From Tubulanus polymorphus (Eukaryota > Animalia > Nemertea): DNA of 64,000 nt. Position 1 is the first letter of the stretch. Every line of letters starts with the position of its first letter. The notes beneath the pieces were generated by a model. The model was not told where the DNA came from. It did no database searches and saw nothing but the letters and a program-made list of their open reading frames with translations. This document shows, in pieces, positions 1-61,887 of the stretch. The DNA is taken from the NCBI RefSeq assembly GCF_964204645.1, contig NC_134033.1, positions 14,206,655 to 14,270,654 of the forward strand, written 5' to 3'. A program made the position numbers and the translations under genes.

Positions 1-387
1 TTGAATCATTAAACAATGATATAGACAGTGTCGTCATCTAAGGGTTAAGTTTTATCTAATAGCAGACTACCGGGTATTTCAGGGTGCCAATCTTCTGCCA
101 ATTTACAAACTCGCTGAGTTTTCCCGATTGTTCAATGTTTAATCAGAAAATTTGCCCAGTTATTTCTTGGTTTAAGAATATAATGATTTATCCAATTTTC
201 ATGAATAATGCCCGGTCAGTTATGCAGGTTTTTTGTGAAATTTGTCAAATTCCCTCTTCCCCCGATTTCTTATTAGATTTTTCTGATTCCCAGAGTTTTC
301 CGGGTCAGTGGCGCCACCCTATATCAGTTGTGATACATATTGATTGATATAGAGAAGGTTGCCATCTATCAGGAAGAGCTTAGTTTA

Positions 388-13616
<13,229 letters not shown>

Positions 13617-16600
13617 TTTGTTTCACTCTGAGTTTCACAATCAACCAACCGAGCGACGACGCAATTTAATTCTTCAACTTGAAATATCTATCCGACAAAA
13701 AGTCGAATTCCAGTGAAATAACGACGATTCGACGCCGCCGCGTATATCTCAGCTAATTTTACACAGATTTTAATCGCTTTCGGTGTAATTATGAAAAACA
13801 GTAGCATGGAAGTTCGTTTCTTGGGTGTGCTGCTGTCGCCCGCTCAGGGCTTTCTGAGCTATGTGGGGCTGGTCCGCGCTATTTATAACAATTGACGCTG
13901 GTTCTGCTAAATATCTACCGAAACCGTCTAAACCGCTACTAAGTTCACGAGTCCGCAAATCGCGAGTATTTCGTTTTGGAGTCCGACGTTACGCGTACAA
14001 GAATCGAGTCCGACGCCGACACGGTGCAAGTATACTGATCGCCTGGAAGTATATGCCATATTCACGAAGCACTGCGTCAAAAGTTACGGGCGAAATTACT
14101 AACACGTTTACAACCTGTGCTCCGTGAGACTTCACACGTACGTGTGAATTTTACGGGCACGTAGGCTACAAAATGCCTGTCGCGGCCCGCTTAGCCCCTG
14201 GTCTCCCCCGTCACGACGAATGGATGGCCATATACCCGAAGTTGAAAATGAGCTATTCAAAAACCGTCTCCGATTTAGTTGATCTACGAACAGCAAGTGT
14301 TTGAAATCGGTTAAGAGGTACCCTTTTTGTCTAAGGAAAGAGTAGACCTCAGAAAAGGGCACTGTAACCAGCCATGAAGCGGCGGGGGGATACCAATAAC
14401 ACCGGCCCGAAAACTAACACAATGATTTATTTCATCAATTAAACAATCTCCGTCATAGTGATCTACACCCTAAAAGGAAGTACTTTAAAATCAGTACGCC
14501 TAGGGTGTTAAATTATGGTATATGCTAATAAAACGCACTACAGTTTGACTTAAGAAACGAGAAATTTATTTTAATTTCAACCTTAACCTTAAAGAAAAAA
14601 GTAATGAACGCATTTTAGACCAGATTTTGTAGATTCAGATCCAGGGTCAGACTTAGCAATAATCGCAATAACCGTCCGGCCAACATTTTCGTTTGGTCCT
14701 GCTTTCATCGCGTTTGTCTTCGTCTGCTAAAATCATCGTCCAGACGGACGCCAATACAGCATAGGTTAAAACGACGTCAAATAATCGGCCTGAAAAACGT
14801 GAGAAAACTACTGAGACTGCCAAAATAATATCATGCCTGCTGTCAATTTGAGTGTGGTGTGAAACAGAGTGTGGTTTGGTGTAAGAGGGTGGCGTGAAGA
14901 TCTTAATAGGTTTAGTACATGTCCATGCGTTCCTCGGATCCTGGATGTTTGTATTGTGGTACAATTATCACAATTCAAAATGGTTTCCAAATGATAAGAA
15001 TCATTATCATCAGTCTAACACAGATAAGTACAACTATTTTCGTAGGGCCATTTGTTGTTCTCTGTATTCTTAATTGGAGTGTCGACGGAAATCGAACCCA
15101 GTAACAGTGATATAAATGCTATTAGGGCGCGGTCTCATGAACAATTTAAAGCTTAAAACAAACAGTTGAGATTGAATTGTCCTCATTGAAAACAATGAGA
15201 AATCGATAGGTATTAGACCAAATATTTGGGTTTATCGTGAAACTGGGAATTTCGTTTGTACCTAAGTGGGCGTCAACTGTCTCTCTCGACTACATAGTTT
15301 TGTATAAAATTACGTGTATTGGCTCCGTGCCCTTTCAAAACCTGTGAAATGGTCAAGTTTGGGCTCAGATCCACCGCTGCTGTTTAAGATCCAACCATCT
15401 ATCAGTTTATCAAAACTATGCCCGTAATAAAGCGTGTACAATATGAAAAATTACCACTTACTTATCATATTTCTGGATTACGAAATCGGAATATGTGTGA
15501 ACAAATCAAAACGACAAATTGCCAATGCCTGAAATTAATACCAAATTTAAAATAAGAGTCCGTTCTATAAACGGCACTACATTTTTATTGATATATACAG
15601 GTACCTCTCTTTTGAGATTTTAAGGCTGAATTTCATCACAATCAATGAGCAAATTGTTAGAAATAGTGCGGAAAATCAATCCAAGAAGATGAGCTGAATT
15701 TTTCATATGATCAGATATTCTTAAAATTGATAATGTATCTGTATCCAGTAGCCTATTAATAAGATTTAGCTTTCCCATTACTTACGGTTAGGTTCCTGGC
15801 GGTGTTATTGTGATGGCTGCTGCTGTGATGTTTGACAGCTGATATAGAAAGAACCCTTATTGACGCGAAACGAATATCGAACACGTTACTGTTTACAGAA
15901 CTGTTCGACTTTTCGTGAACAAATATCAGAAATTTGAATTGAGGAGCAGGTGATGAAATGTGACCCTTCGATGTTAGAACTTCTATATTTGACTACACAT
16001 TTTGACAGCATCTATGGATATCTATTTTTCTATATATTCAAAGCAGGTGCAGTTGTACATTTTCCCACCACAGTAGCCTATCATTATGACGATACCCTTT
16101 AGTCAAAAGTAGTTTAAAACGGTATTTCAGTATGGCCCAGGTGTGGTTATGTACTAGGAGCATTGCGCCTGGACATGGTCCAGCAGCACCCATGTAGTAC
16201 ATGGCCAAACTTGGTCCGGTATTCACTGGGACCAATGAGACGTGGGACCAATGAGATGTGGGACTATCGAGCAGACTGCATGAAGTCAGTGAAAGTTCAT
16301 TTGGAAGAACGGCGTTCAAATTTCGCCTGAGGGGAAGGATGGGCCCAGGCAGCAGATTGATACGTTCTGTAGAAGTCGAAAAGGTCCTAGAATGAATAGC
16401 ATTTCCACGAGATGAATTCCTTTGCACTTTCCTCATCATTTCCATGTAGAACATAACCTATCATCAGTGCCCGCCATATTTACTATGCCTCCTGTGCTGG
16501 AACATTCACGTTTCCTTCTATCTTAACACTACCTCCTGGGCTAGAGCAAAAATCCGTAAAACATAAATTCAAGCGAACGATCGTAGCGTTTTGTCTTTTT

Positions 16601-18608
16601 TGTTAATTTTATATTTTTTATTTTTATAGGACCTTTAAGTAAAATCACATTTCAGCTGCAAAATAAAAAAAAGAAGAAACGTCCAATGATATATTATATG
16701 ACAATATAATAGGACAACTCATATTCGGTATTCTTTAAACCATTTATCAATCGTATTATTTCGTGTGTAACTTTAATAACTATCTTAAAACAATTTCATC
16801 AATACTAAACAGCAATGAAAACGAAATAACTCAAGACTATATATAGAAAATATATGTATACAAGTATATATCTACGTCCACTTGTAGCGGTTTTTAACAT
16901 AGCGATAAAACAGACCAGCCATAGAAAATAATTCATGTACATTATTTTGTTTCTGGCCTTTACGCGAGTAATCTGAAATTATTACTGACCGAATCTTTAT
17001 GGAAGACAAAATATTTCGAGCCGATTCTGCTTTGGACGTTCGGAGTTTTTTTTTCAAAATTCCAATCATTGCACGATAAGCGAGAACAAAAAATAAAAAC
17101 ACGTTTTTCATTGCATAGTTCGATAATGTGCTAGAAAATCCCAGCAGGTGTCGCTCGCGCGCTGAAGCAGACGCAGACGAACGCACGAATAGAAAAACAG
17201 TTTCGAAGAATGACAGTTTCTTCCAGAATTTTCTTGTTAGATTTACTTGCTTTCAGGTTACAACGTATTTCACTTATCTTAACGACAATTCACTACTTAG
17301 GTAAATCGATGGAAAACGCAGTTTCGAAAATCTCTAGGAGTTAAACACAGAGAATAAGCAGTTGAGCGTAATTTGCATAGTTTATGTAAATTTTTTGCAT
17401 AGATTATGTAAATTTCATCGATCGGAGCAAGAAACAACTTCTTTCATACGCGGTACATTGTTAGTTACCGATTTCATAACAAGGTGTAACAAACTTTTAT
17501 TTACAATTAAAAATATCATATGCACGGCGGGAGATATATTGAAAAATGTTCCATTTCAAAAATTCAACAACGGAATTTATCGCTAGAAACGAGAAATTCG
17601 TGTTCGCAAAACACCGATCAAAATAGCACCTTTTTTTATACAGACGATCGAAATTTTCAACTTTCATTTTCGAAGCAGTGGGCGGAGGTTTTTGAAACAT
17701 CGAGCACAAATCTCTCTCGCCATCGCTCACATAATACACATAACGCACGTACAGAGAAAAACTGGCGACAAAAACAATTTTGAGCATATCTCGTAGAAAT
17801 AACGTTAAAAACTGTGCATCGCAGACGTATTGTCTTTTCAAGAATTTTACTCATAAATCCAACAACTGATAATACGCATACAGAACATTGCAATACAAAA
17901 CGAACACGGCAATTTTTTTTCCAAGTGCACTATTTCCGGGCAACGAAAACCAAGAATACAAAATACGTTTTTGTGCATGAAATCAGATTACGCTGATACC
18001 GATCTGTAGACTGGATTCACCCCTTTTGATCATGTGTTCAGGACTTCACCCGAGACATTCCTAATCGGAAATGCTGAATTACTGGATCAATGAAATGCTC
18101 TATGTTTTTGAAGTCACATTTCATTTCATTCATTCCATTTTATTGTATTCTTAACCTATAATGTTGTTTTCTAAAATATCCTTAACTGTAAAGCTCCTTA
18201 GAACCATCAGCAATAAGGCGCTGTATAAGTTTTTAAATGGCGATAATAAAAATTGACATCGTCCCCCACTTACGCATGAGAATGGTGAGTAAAAAGGGTG
18301 GTTCCAGGCTGCAGTTCGATACCTACATGAACTCATCAAAAGAAACAGCCAAGTTACACGTCGAACACATGTCTAAATCATAATAAAAGTTACTGACGCT
18401 GATAACAATAACAGTATTATTACGATGAAATATGAGTTCATGGAATGAAGGTTATTGGTAATAAAAGATGACCAGCGATGATGACGGCGATGATAAGATG
18501 ACGTTTCATGTCGAGTAAGAGGTAGACAATACTTTTTTTAAAAATGTTGCTCACTTGGCATCCGTACGACATGCCCGTAACTACTAACTACTACGCGCGC
18601 GCGATCGA

Positions 18609-18812
18609 CCCCGGCGGGGGGATATTCGAACCGGACAGAGACTAAACCGCTGCTTACTCTGATCGAGTATCAGCCGAACATGACGTCATCGTTAGCCAAT
18701 CAGACGAGGCGTTTAGTCAGTCATATTTCTACTATGGAAAAGCAAGTATAAAACGCGAAATTTGATCGGTAGGGTCTGCTGCAGTCTATCCGGTTCGAAT
18801 TACCCGCTAGGG
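18609..18812. mobile_element. MITE-like element with imperfect inverted ends
   Basis: CCCCGGCGGGGGGATATTCGAACCGGACAGAGACT / AGTCTATCCGGTTCGAATTACCCGCTAGGG. Confidence 0.5.
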
Positions 18813-19787
18813 CAGACGGCGACGACTAATTAGCATATTTGCGACTACTAATCAGCATATCATTAACTACTAATTAGCATATTTGAAGTGTAAGTTCATA
18901 CTAGGCAACAAAATCCGTATCGAAAAACTGGCATTGAAATCAAAAATCGAATTCAAACACGGTGGCTGGCTTTTTACGAGGCAGCGTACAGATAACACTC
19001 AAAATCAAATACCGGTGTGAACAGAAAAAAGGTCGGTGTCTACTCCTTTTACTAACTAAACAAAAAAGAATATTCGGAAAATAAATATTTGGGCAGCTGA
19101 CCCTTGTTCGTCGTTTGCGATAGAATCTAAACACTAGTCGTTATAATGCGCGCGTTATATCTGTAATGCGAAATAAATAATTCGTACAATGCAGATATCA
19201 TCGAACCATTAACGAAACTCGGCTAAATTTAATGATAATAATAATTATGATAATAATAATAATAATTAATTGTTTCTAATCATATCAGTCAATTTGTCAT
19301 GTACAAAAATATGTCGTCGCCTAACTGTTTGTAACTAATGAACATCATGCAAACGTTTCGGGTACAAAAATAATTTACAAATAATTTTTCTCGCTTCTAA
19401 TCGGGGAGACTAATATGTTAAAAATGGCCGACGTTTCAATTGATCATCGAACGGGACAGGGCAAGCGTTTCCGTTATTTTCTCTCTCATTTGGTGGGAAT
19501 ATTAAAACATGTAGATTCGTATACGATTGAAAATGCACGATACAGAAGTCTAACTCGGGGGGCGGTAGGGGGCGTTGGCGAATAGAAGTTAACATACATA
19601 ACAACCGTAACGTAGTTCTGAACATTTCTACGCATCGGAATTTAAAGTAATTCACATTTTTCATGAAGGTATCGACTTACGGCCTGGAACCAGCAGCCCT
19701 CAGACATTCAACATTTACCCCGGTAAGATCAAATTTCTACGGGGCTTTAACCGAGACATTTTTCGATAGAAAACGAACTATAAACAC

Positions 19788-19921
19788 CAGGGGGCCAGTT
19801 GCTCAAAAGTTGGTTAAAGATAACCGGCCGTTAAATATCATAGTAACAATGAAATTTCAATTGTCACCATATCAACTATCCACTGGTTAACTCTAACCAA
19901 CTTTTGAGCAACCGGCCCCTG
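19788..19921. mobile_element. PIF/Harbinger-like MITE
   Basis: 26-bp TIR GGGGCCAGTTGCTCAAAAGTTGGTTA / TAACCAACTTTTGAGCAACCGGCCCC with CWG flanks; relatives at about 3991-4117, 7049-7138, 10340-10483 and 12940-12979. Confidence 0.75.
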
Positions 19922-20596
19922 ATATTAGACAAACATGAGCACGCTTTCAAAAACTGATAGCCCGCTATTCAAATTGTGATTGTCTGAAGGGGTGGCTTCA
20001 GGCTGCGGATAGATACCTGCATAGCCAATTCTAGACTTTCAGCAGGCTGAACTCAACATTATTGAAATCAACTTGGCAATAATATTAATCTTAATAACAA
20101 TATAACATTACTATAAAGCTCCTTAATTTAATGCTAATAATAGTAATAATAATAATAATGATAATAATCGATACCATTATGTTAATGTGCTTAAACCTCA
20201 TGCATATTCATTAAGATATGTTTGTCCGGCATATTTAGTTCTATACAAACATCAGAATATCCACGAAATGCTGCTGACGATTCGGTCTTCGGATTTTAAA
20301 AAAATTTAGATTTCACGATTTTGTCATCGCGTTTTGAAGAGACTTTTCGTTTTTCGATTGAACTCAAATTTACACACACGCACGAAATCACGTTTTCATC
20401 AATAAATCAAATTCATTAATAATTATAATAATAATCAATATAATAATAAACTATCATAAACTGAATATAAAATATAATATTCATATAATATATCATAATG
20501 CAACCAATCGTAGAAATAATACAGCAATTAAACGTCGTAAATACAAAGACAAGAATAGACTCTGTTTAACATTATCTTTTAGGACAAAATTTGTCT

Positions 20597-21025
20597 GATT
20601 TGACAGTGATATCCGAGTTGGATGGTACAATAGACTCTGTTCAAGTCAGAGTTTTTTTGATTTGACAGTGATATCGGAGTTGGATGGTACAATAGACTCT
20701 GTTCAAGTCAGAGTTTTTGATTTGACAGTGATATCGGAGTTGGATTGTACAATAGACTCTGTTCAAGTCAGAGTTTTTGATTTGACAGTGATATCCAAGT
20801 TGAATTGTACAATAGACTTTGTTCAAGTCAGAGTTTTTGACTTGAGGGTGATATCCAAGTTGGATTGTACAATAGACTCTGTCCAATTCAGAGTTTTTAA
20901 CTTGAGAATATCTGAGTTGGATGGTACAGTAGACTCCAAGTCGGATTTTTTGACTTGGGAGTAATATGCGACCTCACTTAAGTCAAACCTTCTGACTCGG
21001 GGGGTGATATCCGAGTTGGATTGAA
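20597..21025. repeat. About 60-bp minisatellite (about 7 copies)
   Basis: TTTGACAGTGATATCCGAGTTGGATGGTACAATAGACTCTGTTCAAGTCAGAG units. Confidence 0.9.
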
Positions 21026-23335
21026 AGGTTGATCCCACTTGATTCAGATCTTTTTGGACGATCAATATTTGTCCCGAAGTAAGAGTATGTCTATATGTAC
21101 GCAACTCATCGATAAAACTGTCAACCGTTATTTTTCGCATATCTTAAGGAGGCTACTTTTCGAAAATCATCGACCAAAGTTCAAAATACCGAGAAAATGC
21201 ATCCTTTTTAGCCGGAAATTCGAATTGTTGGGGGGGGGGAGTGTGGATTTGACGTTAAGATGCGGCAACGTATTCATACTATACACGAAAACAACAAACA
21301 GGCCTAATTTACACAAAGATTACAGGCAGGCGGCGGGCGGGCAGGCGGGCGGGACAAAAAACTCTTCTAATTGATAATGTCGTTACAAAGTGACTTTATT
21401 AAAAATATAGATTCTTTACTTCTCGAATTTTTTATGAAAAGTTTTTTTTTTTTAATGCGTTTTTTTCTTCTTTCGTTTCATCGGGTTTTTTTTTTTTGTG
21501 TAATTTTTTTCATTATTTAATCTTGCTTACATTTCTTGGAAAAAATCATTTACGTATTTACTTATATATCATTATCATTATTTTACCACTAGTTTTTAAG
21601 TTAGTTCCCTGATTTTTGTTTTTCGTAGCAGAAAATTTCGCCGACGAACGACGAGGGGTTTCGCGCCCGAACCACTGTTCGTTGTGTCGAGAGACGAAAA
21701 AATGATAATAACAATTGCGACGGACACCGGCCGCTAGAGGGCGCTGCAGCGTACGCCCTCGGCGACGACGGCGGCGGAGCGTCTTTTTTCGGAACGTGCT
21801 TTCGACATTTCTTCAGCAGTTTAACATGGATCACATATTTACAAGCATCAATCAGCAGCCAGCGGCCCGCGACCCTCGGATTATCAGAATATTGATGTGA
21901 CAACATGTGTTCAGCGCTTCACCCGAGACATCTTTAGTTTAAAATGAACTACGAACACCAGACATTTTATAAGCTCACTTTCAAAAACTGATCGTCCACA
22001 CTTCACATGTGATCAGTGCTTCACCTCCGACATTTTAACCATGTTACTTTCCGTAGACAAATGAAATGATTCGATTGAAGTAAAGCTCACAATTACGAAG
22101 AAAAACTAAGAAAGTGGTGATGTTTCAACTGAATTCTATGAGCCATATTCAAAATTCATAGAATTGAGTTGATACGTCATTAATATCTTAATTTTCTCTT
22201 CAAAAACATGAGTGTATTCTTCAATTTTGCGCGTAATTGAAAACGAACTGCATGTTCAAACACCAGATATTTTATCAGCACACTTTCAAACCCGGATCGT
22301 TCTGAGAGTGGTCGGGCTAAGGCTGCCGATTGACGCCAGCGAAATTTCATCAGAAAGTTTAACAAACGCGGACGTACGCGTCCCGCGATGGCGGAAGACC
22401 CAGCGCCGAACATAATCGTGATCATCACCCGATACGGTTCCGATTTCCGATTTGTTTTTTTTTTCTCCTTTTCAACGACAACAACGTCGATTGTTCCGAG
22501 CAGGAAACAAAGTGAAGAATCCCAGAGTAGCAGAAGACTGACTGTCGCGTTAAAACTTCATACAAAAATATAACGATTTCTGATTTTCTCCAAAATATTT
22601 CCTAGAAAAGTTTCCCTCGAAACTAAGTCAGGGTCTGGCCCCACAAAGCGCGGTGGTTTTGCGTATTGATTTGAGTCCGCTGTTGGACATCGACGTGCCG
22701 AACGTAGCCACAGTCTATCATTAATATATTCTTCATGAATTTTTGAACGCTTCCCTCCTTTGATTTATGAATACATAAGTAACCCACATTACAATTCAAA
22801 TTGGCACGGATGATTCAACTTTTGACCGCAAGAATCAAGGATGAGAATTCGGACAACGTTACCAGATTTCTTCTAAGGTTCAATTCAAATCTATCCGTAA
22901 TTTCTCACACTCAACAAATAACGAATAATAAAAATCGCATCATGTTTGAACTACAAAGATCAATCCGAGTTCATCAATGGACATGATTTGCCGGATGTCT
23001 TCTTCGGGCGGCCAAAATTCTAGATGGAAGTTCATTGAAAATGATCTCAGTTGTCAGTACGCTCGCCTTCTAGCTGGATAGCTGATGGCACGGTCATCAT
23101 TAGGACATATCTCATCCAGTCAACATCGAATTAGGAGACAATTTCGCGAATTTGATCGACTAGCAAGCTGGAGATGAGATACCCACCGCTGGGCGTTTCT
23201 GTGGCCAGACCCTTGTGAATACTTATATTTTAAGTTTCATGTGTATATATACAATAGTTTCCGGCAGGTACTCAAACGATGCGCATATGGAATGATTATA
23301 CATACAACATTATATCATATAAATGGGCCTTTTAC

Positions 23336-23337
<2 letters not shown>

Positions 23338-23385
<48 letters not shown>

Positions 23386-23412
23386 TATAATTATAATAGT
23401 AATCATAATAAT
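23338..23412. repeat. (AAT)n microsatellite downstream of the YAP stop codon (putative 3' UTR)
   Basis: Direct observation. Confidence 0.9.
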
Positions 23413-23895
23413 AGATGATTTTTTTTGTATCATATTATACACGAGTGCTGCGCGCGGTAAATAGTAGAATTTTTCAATTTGATTTTTCCGCCGATCGTAA
23501 AAACGGCCGACCATTTCTCGACCGGTAAAACGCCGCCGTAGTTGACGCGGTCGTCATCTCGATCGCGCATGCAGAGACCTCTCGCGATCATTTTCCTCTT
23601 TCGGATTTCATGTACACGATTTTTGCGATTTTCAACTTAATTTATCGCTGTTGATTTTTCGGCTATATAACAAAATCGACAATTTCGAGAATTATCCAGC
23701 CGCGCTTGTCCGGCAAGGCGGCTTGACGTATTGATACAATGTTGCGAATTTCGCAAGCGCACGTCGATATATATTCGTTCGTTGTCCATTAATTTGAAAG
23801 AATTCGCGTCGAGATCTCTGCATCGTGACGATTAACGGCGATTCGTATGTATAGATTGCTGTTGTTGTTGTTGTTGTTGCTGCTGCCGCTGCTGC

Positions 23896-54193
<30,298 letters not shown>

Positions 54194-54660
54194 GATGACC
54201 GCGAAAGTTGCCCGTAGTAAAAAAAAAAAGTTGCACCGCTACCACGACAAATCCTTCAGTTAGAAGTACGACCCTTCATCAACTCGGTAGATGTTGCTGA
54301 AACGAAGTAAATCACGAAATATCCCTAAGAAGCCTGAAGATACCCGCAGCCAGTTATTGCGAGTTTCGACATTGATTTTAGAAACTTTCAATCGTGCCTA
54401 ACAGCACTCTACTTCCTGGTAGTGCTACTACGCTTGCTCAGAAATAGCGCTTTAGAAATCTCCTCGTTCAATTAGCGATATTTACTAAGATAGCTCAAAA
54501 TAGTAATTAGATTCCGCATTTTAGCTAATCCTGTGATTTTGATACTCGGATTTCTCAAAATAATCGCGAAAATGTAAGCTAAGTTTAAGAATTAATGCGC
54601 GATGGTGACCTAGCTAGCGAGAACTACTTTCCGAACGCAACAGGTGCTCGCGATCTGCGT

Positions 54661-54670
54661 GTGACGTCAC
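54661..54670. promoter_or_regulatory. Palindromic CRE (GTGACGTCAC) upstream of YAP
   Basis: Perfect CREB/ATF site about 470 bp upstream of the YAP ATG; second CRE at 55057-55064. Confidence 0.5.
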
Positions 54671-55851
54671 TGTTAGAGTACTGCAAGAGAGGGTCGAGTC
54701 ATAACTATTCCAGGAACCGCAGCACTCCGGACTGAAGAGAGCGCGTACACTTGTAACAGTACGAAAGCTCGATTAGAATTAACACGATATTAACGATAGT
54801 GACAATAATATTTGTTAGAACTTAGAAAGAAAATTGTCACGGTAGGGTCGAAGGTGCTTTTCTTAGATCATTATCAATATCGGACTCGATCATTTTAAGA
54901 CATAATGACCAATTGTTTCTTAGAGACAGAAAACCGGTATAAACCCAAGTGAAACCATATCGCTTATCTTGGCCAGTTAAACGTGTGATAGCCGATAATA
55001 TGCGCATGCTTATAACAGGCCACCGGTCTCCATTCATGATTAAGTTACGACTCTGATGACGTCATTCCATCGTAAACGATAGTAAATCTCATACCAAATA
55101 TGGGGGGCATTGTTCGGTTGATCGTGAATGAGATTGGGCGTGTCTACATAAACCAGGCGCGTCCGTATTGTATAGATGCTCGAGCGACATAGTATTCATT
55201 TTGGGGACATTTTATAGTTACCGTACTATTTATAGTACCGTCTGATATTTTTTAAACCGATTCTGGTTCGATGTTTTTGAATGTTTACGAATTATCAGGC
55301 ATTTATTGTCGTAGCGGCGATGTTAAAACAAAATGATTATTTCCTTTAAAAAAAGCGAATTTAAATCTATTTCAGGGGCGGACTTTGGCCGGAAATGAAA
55401 AGGGCATAATACTGAAAAAAGGCAAGTTAACTATCTAGTCAAAACAAGGCTTTGGAAAATTTGAAATTTCGATGCATTTTCATACAATTTCTATGCCATT
55501 TTATGAGGGACATTTAAGAGAACGTAAGTCATAAATCTTGCACTGCGGATTGCTATCTTATTAGTATCAGGTGGAAATGAGAAAATATTGCCATAATATG
55601 AGAAAATATTGCCATAATATTTTATATTATATCATGAGAAAATATTGCCATAATATTTTCAAAAGAGCACGGGAAAACTGTGTCGGGAGCACGCGTCCTC
55701 GTCTGGATGCACCCCTGACTGTATTTTCTATAACACGTCGGTGCTTTTGAAGTTAGCGCGGGTCTTGTCGTGAGCTACGCGCCGGCGAAACGACCAATGC
55801 GCCATCTATCTTATAACGCTGATATCGACTAACGGACAAATTAGTTTACCG

Positions 55852-55864
55852 GTCACCAAGCAAC
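55852..55864 (+). promoter_or_regulatory. RFX X-box in the CFAP97D2 promoter
   Basis: GTCACC-A-AGCAAC fits GTNRCC(N0-3)RGYAAC, about 145 bp upstream of the ATG of a cilia-family gene. Confidence 0.7.
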
Positions 55865-56009
55865 CGCCGTACCGAATCGGTCATGTGATCAACACACATT
55901 TCACTTCCTGGTTGACAACAACAGTAGCACACACACAACAGTAGTGTCAGTACTAGACATAAGTGTACATTTCAGAGCTTGGTTAGCGTCATATTCACCG
56001 GCTAAAAAG

Positions 56010-61095
<5,086 letters not shown>

Positions 61096-61493
61096 AAAAG
61101 AACAATTAAGAGGAAACGTCCTCCTTTTCTATGCGAGAGAGAGAGAGAGAGACCGCTCTTCTGAGAAATATAACGACACGATGCCCGAATACAAGTTTCG
61201 AATACACAGGGCGTCCACGGTTCACCTAACGAATTCGTCCACACCTCCTGAAGGCACTAGTCAGCTCTATCTGTTTGGCGGTTTTTGTGAAAGAAAATAC
61301 TTCTGTGATATTGTACTCGAATCTCATGCAATCCGTGCGTAATTTTCATTAAAAAAAGTGATAAGAAACAGCCAGACCATGACGGCCCATCGTTGCACGG
61401 GGTTTAAGCTTGCTTGCATCGAAACTAGGATATTTTGAATTTGCATATTTGGAATTCTTATATACTAAATTTTAACATGAACGTACAACGAAT

Positions 61494-61529
<36 letters not shown>

Positions 61530-61738
61530 AAGGTATGATATGCTATGTTATACTTTCGAAAAACTCCACTCAAGCCGGCTACGCTACGCTTGAGCTTTAT
61601 GCTTTATGGTTCTAGCGAGCGCGCGGCGGCTTTGTTTAATGATTGTACGATCTTTTGTAACCCTAATGGGTATAACTAAGAAAATACGGTTGTATTCAGT
61701 ATATACATGTAAGTATTGCTGAAATTGCATGTCTTATT

Positions 61739-61887
61739 CACAGGGGCTCGTATCAGAGCTGTAGGTAGTGTAAAAACGATAATCTGTTAATCCAGTGTCT
61801 CTAATATGTAGATAAAATAACATACATTATAGACACTGGATTAACAGATTTTTTTTACATTATCTACAACTCTGATGAGTCCTTGTG
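61739..61887 (+). other. 149-nt foldback downstream of the CFAP97D2 stop codon
   Basis: Long inverted arms including AATCTGTTAATCCAGTGTCT / AGACACTGGATTAACAGATT. Confidence 0.75.

Noticed and set aside
16038-16454. 138-aa ORF between RPB1 and YAP
   Set aside because: No recognisable domain or exon structure; includes a short local repeat.
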